Origin: a virus
Reading direction: 5' to 3' (one strand)
DNA length: 51,726 nucleotides
Virus record (IMG/VR): IMGVR_UViG_3300045988_076883
Location: 1-51,726 of that record
Shown here: positions 15,319 to 22,470 of the stretch, piece after piece
How the letters are laid out: each line of letters begins with the position of its first letter
Numbering within the stretch: position 1 is the first letter of the stretch
Made by a program: the position numbers and the translations under genes
Notes under the pieces: generated by a model
Databases searched by the model: none
Told to the model about the DNA's origin: nothing
What the model saw: the letters and a program-made list of their open reading frames with translations, nothing else

Positions 15319-15705
15319 ATGGACGACGGCGAAAAACTGTGCGAGCTGTGCGGGATGCACAAGAAACTGAATATCGGCCCGGCGGGTGCGGTGTGGCTGG
15401 AAAGAGACAGCGCGGGCGATGCCATGCTGGTTGTGGAGCCTGTTGTGGGCCGGACGCTGCCGGTGGCCGTGCCGGTGTGGTTCTGCCCGGCGTGCGGGCG
15501 GGATTTTAGACCGAGAAAAGAAGAAACGGCGGAAGGCTTGCTCCCGGTGAGCGCTGAAAACTTGGAATACCTGAAAAGCAAAGCGAGAGAAATGCAAGGG
15601 AGCCTTGATGAAGCGCTGGACAGAGTGTTGAACGATTGCTACTGGGCCGACAAAGAAAAAGAGCAGAAAACCAAGGAGGGCGTGAACGATGAAACAGGCA
15701 CCTAA
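15319..15705 (+). CDS. Hypothetical zinc-ribbon protein
   Basis: CELCG...CPACG. AAGGAGG RBS. Confidence 0.75.
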   Translation: MDDGEKLCELCGMHKKLNIGPAGAVWLERDSAGDAMLVVEPVVGRTLPVAVPVWFCPACGRDFRPRKEETAEGLLPVSAENLEYLKSKAREMQGSLDEALDRVLNDCYWADKEKEQKTKEGVNDETGT

Positions 15706-16309
15706 TTTTTACCGAAAAAATGCGGCGTACGGCGTGGCCCGGCGGGTTATGACGAGAAAAAAGGCAACGCCGGAGGAAATGCGGGATTCTGTGGGGCAGG
15801 TCGTGACATGGTGCTATCTGGTGGCGCTGCGAAGCGTGACGGGCTGGAATGTGCAGGAGATGGACGGCTTTTTAGAGAAAGCGGCGCGAAATGCCGAGGA
15901 CTACATGACCCGCGTGCGGGTGAGCACCAGCGACAAAACGGCACGCAAATGGCTGGACGGAGTGGTAAAGAACCTGGCATTCGTGCTGCCTGCGGACAAG
16001 CCGCTGAAAAAGCAGGCAGATCGTGACGAGCTGGCGCAAAAGCGAATCGGCGCGGATATGGCGTGGAAGATCATGTCGGCGGCGCTGCTGCGGAAAGAAC
16101 CGTGGGGATGCGCCGAGGATGAAGCGCTGGCGCAGAAGGTGCTGAACGAAATGCGGGACTACTACGAAAACCGTTTTTTGGATTGGGCAAAAGAAGGCGA
16201 TGCCTACGGCATGGAACGGTTAAAGCGCGACGTTGAAAGCGTGCTGGGCGAAGCTGTGGAAGTGCTCGACGACGGGCGCGGCGCAGTATTTGCAAACACG
16301 ATTTACTAA
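15689..16309 (+). CDS. Hypothetical protein (206 aa)
   Basis: GGAGGG RBS. Coding-like composition. Confidence 0.8.
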   Translation: MKQAPNFYRKNAAYGVARRVMTRKKATPEEMRDSVGQVVTWCYLVALRSVTGWNVQEMDGFLEKAARNAEDYMTRVRVSTSDKTARKWLDGVVKNLAFVLPADKPLKKQADRDELAQKRIGADMAWKIMSAALLRKEPWGCAEDEALAQKVLNEMRDYYENRFLDWAKEGDAYGMERLKRDVESVLGEAVEVLDDGRGAVFANTIY

Positions 16310-16321
16310 GGGGGTGCTGTT

Positions 16322-16807
16322 GTGACGGCGGCAGAAGCGGAAATCATCATCAAGTATTATGCGGACATTGCAGGACAGCAAAGGGCGATCATGCGGGAAC
16401 GTGCGGCGCTGGACGCGGAATACAGCCCATTGCGCGGCAATGCGCCGGACGGGATGCCGCACGCTGCCGGAAACGCAGACACAACAGCGCAGAAAGCAAT
16501 GCGGATGGCCGATACGGACACGGCCCGGCGGTTGTGTGAGCTGGATGTGCGGGAAAGCGTTTTGCAGGAGGACAAGGCGCTGATCCGGGCGGTGCTGGAC
16601 AGGCTGAACAGTAAACACAAAGAACTGCTGGCGACGCGCTATATCGACGGCCACAACTGGGAGTTTACGGCGTGCCGGGTCGGGTTGTCCCGGCGGCAGA
16701 CGATCCGGGTCAGCGTAGTGGCGTTGACGCGGCTGGGCGTGTTGTTGCAGGACGAGCCGCAGGCGGGAGAAATCCTCGCGCGGGCGCGTGATGCGTGCGC
16801 GTTATAA
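16322..16807 (+). CDS. Sigma-70 region-4-like transcription regulator (ArpU/RinA-type late activator candidate)
   Basis: C-terminal LLATRYIDGHNWEFTACRVGLSRRQTIRVSVVALTRL is an HTH. GTG start follows AAGGGGGTG. Confidence 0.6.
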   Translation: MTAAEAEIIIKYYADIAGQQRAIMRERAALDAEYSPLRGNAPDGMPHAAGNADTTAQKAMRMADTDTARRLCELDVRESVLQEDKALIRAVLDRLNSKHKELLATRYIDGHNWEFTACRVGLSRRQTIRVSVVALTRLGVLLQDEPQAGEILARARDACAL

Positions 16808-16823
16808 AGGCGGGGCAGATCGT

Positions 16824-16855
16824 TTACGCTGAATTTACGCTGAAAGTCAGCGTAA
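16824..16855. promoter_or_regulatory. TTACGCTGA direct repeat plus the perfect palindrome TTACGCTGA-aag-TCAGCGTAA
   Basis: Read directly at 16824-16832, 16835-16843 and 16847-16855. Followed by the tandem CGAAAAACACA x2 (16862-16883). Confidence 0.5.
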
Positions 16856-17011
16856 AATGTGCGAAAAACACACGAAAAACACACGGGTGGCAGGTTGCGT
16901 GCGCGTGCGTTGTCTTGATTTTTCAGCGGCGGTAAATTTGTGCGGACGCGCCTGATTTCCGAATACGGAAAAGGGCCGGGAGAAAAACAAACTTGCGAAA
17001 GGGTGAAAAGG

Positions 17012-17116
17012 ATGGAAAAATATATGCTTGTGCCGGAGAAAGTAGAGGCAATCGAGATCGTGCAGGACGGGAAAGTGGTTGCAACGATAGAACCGGGAGA
17101 GCAGGAGGAGAAGTGA
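17012..17116 (+). CDS. Very small hypothetical ORF (34 aa)
   Basis: GGGTGA RBS. The stop lies 4 nt before the next start. Not in the ORF track (too short). Confidence 0.35.
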   Translation: MEKYMLVPEKVEAIEIVQDGKVVATIEPGEQEEK

Positions 17117-17120
17117 GACG

Positions 17121-17330
17121 ATGGCGGAGGTTGTTACGGCGCAATTTGTAGGGTGGTCGTCCTGCGGGTTTGTGACGGGGAAATACTACGAGATCGAGGT
17201 AAGCGCCGGGCGGAGCGGGTGTCTATGTGTACGAGATGTGCAGGGGCAAGGGCTTTGCCTCTATTCCAAGCTGGAAAACCTGAAAAGAAACTGGCGTGTG
17301 CTGGATTTGAGGGAAACGGAAAATAAATAA
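17121..17330 (+). CDS. Hypothetical protein, last gene of the early operon
   Basis: GCAGGAGGAG RBS. Followed by a strong hairpin. Confidence 0.7.
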   Translation: MAEVVTAQFVGWSSCGFVTGKYYEIEVSAGRSGCLCVRDVQGQGLCLYSKLENLKRNWRVLDLRETENK

Positions 17331-17376
17331 AAATATCCCCCGGCGGGTCGTTGCGGCGGCCTGCCGGGGGATCGTT
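17321..17376. terminator. Bidirectional terminator between convergent operons
   Basis: ATCCCCCGGC (17335-17344) pairs with GCCGGGGGAT (17363-17372) plus inner pairs. An AT run lies on the left (a T-run for the minus strand). Confidence 0.8.
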
Positions 17377-17385
17377 GTTGTGGGG

Positions 17386-17610
17386 TTACTTTGTTGTGTA
17401 GTCGGGCCAGAGGTCCGATGTGGGGGTGAAACCGTCGCGGGTCATGCGCTCGCGGACGGCTTGCGTGATGTAGGCCTGCATAGACTGCCCTGCTGCAGAG
17501 GCAGCGGCGCGGATGTCTGTGCCGACGGGCTTTAGGGGCATAAACTCGATACGATCACACTTTGCCTTGTAGGCGTTGTTGCCGCGGCGGTGAGCTTCAG
17601 AAATGGGCAT
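17386..17610 (-). CDS. Ribbon-helix-helix (Arc/CopG-like) DNA-binding protein
   Basis: NAYKAKCDRIEFMPLKPVGTDIRAAASAAGQSMQAYITQAVRERM shows a beta-alpha-alpha pattern. GGAGG RBS precedes the ATG at 17610. Confidence 0.7.
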   Translation of the reverse strand: MPISEAHRRGNNAYKAKCDRIEFMPLKPVGTDIRAAASAAGQSMQAYITQAVRERMTRDGFTPTSDLWPDYTTK

Positions 17611-17641
17611 TTTGGGAAACCTCCTTGTGTGTGGTATCTTG

Positions 17642-17670
17642 ATTATACACCCCGGGTGTGCGGGGTGCAA
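17642..17670 (-). promoter_or_regulatory. Leftward promoter with a GC palindrome in the spacer
   Basis: Minus strand reads TTGCAC (17670-17665), 17 nt, TATAAT (17647-17642). The spacer contains ACACCCCGGGTGT. Confidence 0.65.
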
Positions 17671-17769
17671 GAGAAAATGTGCGGAATATAACAACTGCTG
17701 TTGTGGGTGGCTCCCGCGACCTTGCCCGGCGGGCTGCCGGGTGGTTTCGGCCCTTGCCGGGGGCCATCG

Positions 17770-19416
17770 TCAGGCGGGGTTGTGGGCGGCAAGCTGCATA
17801 AGCGTTGCGGTGGTGGGGATCAGGTGGCGGGCCATCGTGTCGTTGTAGGAGGTCTCGCCCTCGAAGCTGTCCACGACGGAGCGATCTGCCGTGCTCATGT
17901 CGTGGTAGGTCTTTTTGCCGTAGGACGGCGGGAGCCAGCCCTTTTTCTGGGATGCAAAGATGTTGAAGGATTTCAGCACATCGGCGTTGGTGAACTCAAT
18001 GTGACAGGTGCCCTTCTTGTAGAACGTGGCGGTGAAGTAGTGCAGCTTGATCTTTGCGGTCTGGCCGTTGTCCTCGGCAGCTTTGAGGGCGGCGCGGAGG
18101 TCGTCGCCGTTGTAGGCGGTGCCGTTGGTGTCGAGGAAGTGGAGCGTTTTCTCGATGTTGGCGATCTCGTCTGCTGCGCAGGTGGGACGGAGCTTGTCGG
18201 ACCAGTACGAATAGACATTGCAGCGGAAAATGACGCGCTTGCCGATCTTATACGCCTCGTTGGTGCACCAACCGTTGTAATAGTGGACATTTTTGCTGTA
18301 CTCGCTGTTGTAGTGGAGGTTGGTCCAGTCGTCGAACAGGCGGATGATCTCGGATTCGATGTTTGCAACGATGTTGCGAGAGATTTCCTCGCGCACGGTC
18401 AGGATGTTGTAGGGGGTAAAATCGTAGTGGCGAAGATCGTTAATGCGCTTGCGGTAGTCGTTCTGCATCGTCTGCGTCATGGCATCGCGGATCTGCGGCA
18501 GGTCGAAAAGCTGCTCCCAGTAGATGGCACGGAGATCGCACAGCGCGTCGTTGTAGCCTTTGTTGAGGGAAACACAGGGCGCGGGGGCGCTGCTGTCGCC
18601 CTGCTTTTTGGGCAGGGTGAACAGAGAGGAAATGCCATCGTATTCTTCATACAGGCGGGCCAGACCGTCCGCGGCGGCGTTGTAGCGCTCGACTGCTGCC
18701 GTGATGGGGTCATTGCTGACGAGGGCGGCCAGGTCGGGCGCGGCCTGGTAGCGCTGTGTCGTCTCGGCGTTGAGCTCTAAGCGGATGCGGGAGACCGGCG
18801 GCGCGGGCGGGATCGTGACAAAAACGAGCGCAACCTCCACCGCGGTTTTGCGGGCGGCGTGGGTGAAAGCGTCCTGCTTGTAGGTGATCCGGGCGTTGTA
18901 CTTGGCAAGCAGGGAGGCAAGCTCCTTGCGCTCGTTGGTGCAGGGGTTGCGGATCGTCTCGGCGTTGAGGATGCAGCGCACTTCCCCGCCCCGCTCCATG
19001 ATGTGCAGGGCGTGCAGCAGGTGACGCGCACCCTCGGAAAACGGCGGATTCATGATAATTGCCTTATAGTGGGCGCGGGGCGTGAAGGTGAGGAAATCGT
19101 CGTGGATGACGCGGAAGCCGTTTTCTTTGAGGGTGGCGCGGAGGGCGGCGGACTGCTCGATGCAATCAAGCTGCAAGCGCGTGAGGGTGTCGTTGTTGGT
19201 GTTGGCGCGGTAGTCGCTGGCGCGTTTGTTGCCGACGTACCAGCACCCGGCGGCTTTTTCGATGGCGCGGGCGAGGTCGCCAGAACCGGCGGACGGCTCC
19301 AGGATGGGGCCGCCTGCATACTCGATGCTGTGACCGTCGATCTTGAGACCGGCGAGAAGCTCCGCGGCGAGGGCCGGGGGCGTTGGGTAGTAGTCTTTGC
19401 TGTCGTTGGGGATCAT
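17770..19416 (-). CDS. Orphan N6-adenine DNA methyltransferase with a large C-terminal domain (DUF4942-like)
   Basis: Motif I LEPSAGSGDL and motif IV IIMNPPF. No adjacent restriction gene. Confidence 0.85.
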   Translation of the reverse strand: MIPNDSKDYYPTPPALAAELLAGLKIDGHSIEYAGGPILEPSAGSGDLARAIEKAAGCWYVGNKRASDYRANTNNDTLTRLQLDCIEQSAALRATLKENGFRVIHDDFLTFTPRAHYKAIIMNPPFSEGARHLLHALHIMERGGEVRCILNAETIRNPCTNERKELASLLAKYNARITYKQDAFTHAARKTAVEVALVFVTIPPAPPVSRIRLELNAETTQRYQAAPDLAALVSNDPITAAVERYNAAADGLARLYEEYDGISSLFTLPKKQGDSSAPAPCVSLNKGYNDALCDLRAIYWEQLFDLPQIRDAMTQTMQNDYRKRINDLRHYDFTPYNILTVREEISRNIVANIESEIIRLFDDWTNLHYNSEYSKNVHYYNGWCTNEAYKIGKRVIFRCNVYSYWSDKLRPTCAADEIANIEKTLHFLDTNGTAYNGDDLRAALKAAEDNGQTAKIKLHYFTATFYKKGTCHIEFTNADVLKSFNIFASQKKGWLPPSYGKKTYHDMSTADRSVVDSFEGETSYNDTMARHLIPTTATLMQLAAHNPA

Positions 19417-19501
19417 GGTGTGTTACCTCCTGTTTTTTGGGTTGTGGCGGCGGGCCGTTGTGCAGCTGGCCCGCGGGGCGCTGTTGCCGTTGTGGGGGCT
19501 G

Positions 19502-19843
19502 CCGTTGGTCTTATGCCCGGCGGCGTTGTGCTGGGGCGTGCCCTCTCTCGCGGGGCTGGCGGGTTTCACTTTTTGCGCCCGGGGCGCGGGATAAGAACGC
19601 GGCGAACCTGGCCGGAACGACCGGCGGCGGGTGCAATCTGTTTTGTGGGGAGGTGCACCGGCTCCCGTTGGGCTTATGCCCGGCGGCGTTGTGCTGGGGC
19701 GTGCCCTCTCTCGCGGGGCTGGCGGGTTTCACTTTTTGCGCCCGGGGCGCGGGATAAGAACGCGGCGAACCTGGCCGGAACGACCGGCGGCGGGTGCAAT
19801 CTGTTTTGTGGGGAGGTGCACCGGCTCCCGTTGGGCTTATGCC
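19502..19843. repeat. 163-bp tandem repeat (2 full units plus 16 nt) in the methyltransferase leader
   Basis: Units start at 19502, 19665 and 19828. Units 2 and 3 are identical over the shared part. Confidence 0.9.
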
Positions 19844-19924
19844 GTCCCCCCGGCGGGGCGGCTGCCATTGTGTGGCGATGGGTGCGCGTTGTTGTGATCG
19901 TTGCCGGGGTCGTGTTATGTTGTT

Positions 19925-19999
19925 ACCCATGAGCGCCCGCCACATTGTGGCGGCGGCTGGGCTTGCACCAGCGGCGCGGGATCGCGTCGGCCTTGCGGG
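19925..19999 (-). repeat. Structured intergenic element, copy E4
   Basis: Minus sense reads CCCGCAAGGCCGA..GGTGCAAGCCCAG..GCGCTCATGGGT. It abuts the stop codon at 20000. Confidence 0.85.
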
Positions 20000-20311
20000 T
20001 CAGGATACATAACCGCAATAGCGATAGTCTAGGATGATGTCGTCGGTGACATCGTCCGGCGTGGCGTTGTCGGACATCGTGCAGGCGACGACGTCGCCGG
20101 TCAGCCAATCGTCGCAGCCGGTGAGGGTGAACAGCTGGCCGGACCCGGTGCGGAATGTGACCAGCTCGGCGGCGCGGTCCACCTGGACGACCACACCGGC
20201 CAGCGGGTAGGTGCTGGGCGCGGGCGGCTCGGCTGGCGTTGTGGGGGCCGTCTTGATGATGTAAACGGCGGCGGTGGTGATGTAGGCGGCGATGACGATT
20301 GCCTTGTGCAT
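20000..20311 (-). CDS. Small membrane-anchored or secreted protein
   Basis: N-terminal hydrophobic MHKAIVIAAYITTAAVYII followed by a Pro-rich linker. AAGGAGG RBS. Confidence 0.75.
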   Translation of the reverse strand: MHKAIVIAAYITTAAVYIIKTAPTTPAEPPAPSTYPLAGVVVQVDRAAELVTFRTGSGQLFTLTGCDDWLTGDVVACTMSDNATPDDVTDDIILDYRYCGYVS

Positions 20312-20344
20312 GGTGGGGACCTCCTTGTTGTGTTGTGGGTGGTG

Positions 20345-20427
20345 GATCGGGTGGACCCATGAGCGCCGCCCCGTTGCGCGGGGCGCCGGGCTTGCACCGG
20401 CGGCGCGTTATGCGTCGGCCTTGCGGG
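20345..20427 (-). repeat. Structured intergenic element, copy E3
   Basis: Same consensus. Begins 3 nt after the stop codon at 20431. Confidence 0.85.
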
Positions 20428-20430
20428 TCG

Positions 20431-20646
20431 TTACCAGATGCGCTTGATCTCGGGGAGCAGGCCGAGACGGCGGTAGGTGGTTGTTATACTCTCGTTACCG
20501 CAGAACCAACCGCAGTGTATAAACTCGTCGCGGGCTTGCTCAATCGTGATTGCACCGGCGAGAAAATCGCGGCGCAGGGACTTGTCAACGGTGGGAATAT
20601 CGAAAACGCGGTTTAGAGGGGAAATATGGGGACGTTTGCGGGTCAT
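20431..20646 (-). CDS. Hypothetical small protein (71 aa)
   Basis: RBS context ACAGGAGGTAACACACCATG is identical to that of the methyltransferase gene. Confidence 0.75.
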   Translation of the reverse strand: MTRKRPHISPLNRVFDIPTVDKSLRRDFLAGAITIEQARDEFIHCGWFCGNESITTTYRRLGLLPEIKRIW

Positions 20647-20680
20647 GGTGTGTTACCTCCTGTTGTGGGTGTTGTGGGTG

Positions 20681-20765
20681 AATCGGGTGGACCCATGAGC
20701 GCCCGCCGCGTTGTGGCGGCGGCTGGGCTTGCACCAGCGGCGGCGGATGCCGTCGGCCTTGCGGG
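20681..20765 (-). repeat. Structured intergenic element, copy E2
   Basis: Same consensus. Begins 10 nt after the stop codon at 20776. Confidence 0.85.
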
Positions 20766-20775
20766 TCGTGGCAGG

Positions 20776-21441
20776 TCATGCGAGGACCTGCGCGGCGAGG
20801 GTGGCGAAATCGAGCTGCACCGGCTCCGGCGTGGGGGCATCGTCATGCAAGGTGTGATGCTCGACGACTGCGACGACGGCGGCGGGCTTGCTGGGTTCCG
20901 GCGTGGGGGCCGGTGCCGGGATCGTGGGCGCTGCCGGTGCCGTTGTGGCGGCGACCTGCTGCGCGGCGCGGCGGGCCTTGCGGGCGGCGGCAAGCTCGGC
21001 ATTGCGGGCGGCGATCTCGTCCGGCGTCTTGACGTGGACGGGGGCCGGGCGCTCGACCTGGGCGGCGGTGAACAAGTAGCAACGCTTCATGTAGTAGTGG
21101 GGGTCGGGGGCGTCGTCGCCGTTGTCGCTGCGCTGGGCCTTCGGGGGCTTGTCGGTCCAGCGCCACAGCATGGCGGAGATCGTGGCCTTCTGGCCGCGCT
21201 TTACCTGCAAGCCCTGGGCCTTCCATGTGTTGTAGGTGTGCAGGCTGTCGGCGATGGTAGCCTGTTCGGCGGTGTCGATGTAGTCGGCGGCGGTGCCGGT
21301 GCCGGTGGCCTCGGCCATAGCGGCGGCGCGGGCGGTGATCTGCTCCGGCGTGGCGAGCGTGGCGGCCAGGGCGTGGATCTCGGCGGGGGTGTAGGTGATG
21401 CCGACGGCTTCATAGATCAAAGTGTTATTATCGCGGGTCAT
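20776..21441 (-). CDS. Hypothetical protein with a weak ArdC-N-like motif and an Ala/Pro-rich C-terminal half
   Basis: TYNTWKAQGLQVKRGQKA resembles the TfxQaxxxGxxVrKGEKg signature of ArdC N-terminal domains. This is recalled from memory and not verified. Confidence 0.45.
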   Translation of the reverse strand: MTRDNNTLIYEAVGITYTPAEIHALAATLATPEQITARAAAMAEATGTGTAADYIDTAEQATIADSLHTYNTWKAQGLQVKRGQKATISAMLWRWTDKPPKAQRSDNGDDAPDPHYYMKRCYLFTAAQVERPAPVHVKTPDEIAARNAELAAARKARRAAQQVAATTAPAAPTIPAPAPTPEPSKPAAVVAVVEHHTLHDDAPTPEPVQLDFATLAAQVLA

Positions 21442-21477
21442 AGTGTGTAGCCTCCTGTTGTGTTGGTGTTGGTGGTG

Positions 21478-21561
21478 GATCGGGTGGACCCATGAGCGCC
21501 GCCCCGTTGCGCGGGGCGCTGGGCTTGCACCAGCGGCGGCGGATGCCGTCGGCCTTGCGGG
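21478..21561 (-). repeat. Structured intergenic element, copy E1
   Basis: Same consensus. Begins 2 nt after the stop codon at 21564. Confidence 0.85.
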
Positions 21562-21563
21562 CT

Positions 21564-21839
21564 TTACATGATGACGCCCCGGCTTTTCATGGCCTGCTTT
21601 AAGTCGTGGCTGCTGATGTTGCGCCAGTTTTCGGCCCAGTTGATGACGGCGTTTTGCGCCCAGAACGGAACCGCCAGCCGGTCGAGCTGATCCATGGAGA
21701 AACGGATTGACGCGTCGCAGCGGTCAAGGTTGCGCCGATCATTGGGGAACAGCTCGCGGATGTTGTAAAGCTCGGCGACCCAGAACGCCAGGCCGTCAAG
21801 CTCTTTGGCCTGCTTTTTTGTGCAAATAAACTCTTGCAT
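21564..21839 (-). CDS. Hypothetical protein (91 aa), first gene of the leftward accessory operon
   Basis: GGAGGATATAAAATG gives the RBS and start at 21839. The upstream part of the 302-aa ORF is repeat DNA plus promoter. Confidence 0.75.
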   Translation of the reverse strand: MQEFICTKKQAKELDGLAFWVAELYNIRELFPNDRRNLDRCDASIRFSMDQLDRLAVPFWAQNAVINWAENWRNISSHDLKQAMKSRGVIM

Positions 21840-21941
21840 TTTATATCCTCCTGTTTCGTGCCGCCTTGCCCGGCTTGCAACCCGCGGCCCTGCTGGGCGG
21901 CGGCTCCACCGGTCGGCGGCTGTTTTGCTTGGTGTGATTGC

Positions 21942-22017
21942 ATCATACACCCCGGGGTGTAAAAAGTCAACACCCCGGGGTGAAGTTTGTGGAAAATAGA
22001 CAAAACACCCCGGGGTG
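21942..22017 (-). promoter_or_regulatory. Leftward promoter with three ACACCCCGGGGTG(T) palindromic operator-like sites
   Basis: Minus strand reads TTGACT (21970-21965), 17 nt, TATGAT (21947-21942). Sites lie at 21947-21960 (in the spacer), 21970-21982 (over the -35) and 22005-22017. Confidence 0.65.
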
Positions 22018-22062
22018 AAAATGTGCAGGCTGCACAAGCTGCACAGGATCGAGCCGGATCGC

Positions 22063-22470
22063 CAGCCCGGCAGCAGATCGGCAACCAGGCAGCAGGACGG
22101 CAGCCCACAGCACCGGGCCGCCCCTTCATCATAAGGACGGACAGCGGCAGCCCGGCAGCAGGACGGCAGCCCGGCAGCAGATCGGCAACCAGGCAGCAGA
22201 TCGGCAGCAGGACGGCAGCCCGGCAGCAGCCCGGCAGCAGGACGGCAGCCCGGCAGCCCACAGCACCGGGCCGCCCCTTCATCATAAGGACGGACAGCGG
22301 CAGCCCGGCAGCAGGACGGCAGCCCGGCAGCAGATCGGCAACCAGGCAGCAGATCGGCAGCAGGACGGCAGCCCGGCAGCAGCCCGGCAGCAGGACGGCA
22401 GCCCGGCAGCCCACAGCACCGGGCCGCCCCTTCATCATAAGGACGGACAGCGGCAGCCCGGCAGCAGATC
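22063..22470. repeat. 153-bp tandem repeat array (about 2.7 units) built from GGCAGCAG(GA/AT)CGG sub-repeats
   Basis: The anchor CCCACAGCACCGGGCCGCCCCTTCATCATAAGGACGG occurs at 22104, 22257 and 22410. Confidence 0.9.

Noticed and set aside
17701-19932. Plus-strand ORFs of 359 and 357 aa opposite the N6 methyltransferase and the 163-bp repeat
   Set aside because: The Gly/Val-rich products are antisense to a gene with clear methyltransferase motifs. The second ORF is merely a translation of the tandem repeat.
20626-21450. 274-aa Gly-rich plus-strand ORF
   Set aside because: It is antisense to the 20776-21441 gene and to element E2. It is low complexity with no RBS.
19925-21561. The intergenic elements considered as integron attC sites
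   Set aside because: The cassette-like layout is suggestive. However, I find no IntI-type integrase adjacent, no attI, and no RYYYAAC/GTTRRRY core pair at the element ends. The idea is kept only as an analogy in the finding.
19502-22470. The tandem repeats considered as a CRISPR array
   Set aside because: Units are 153-163 bp and directly abutting, with no unique spacers and no short palindromic repeat. No cas genes are present.
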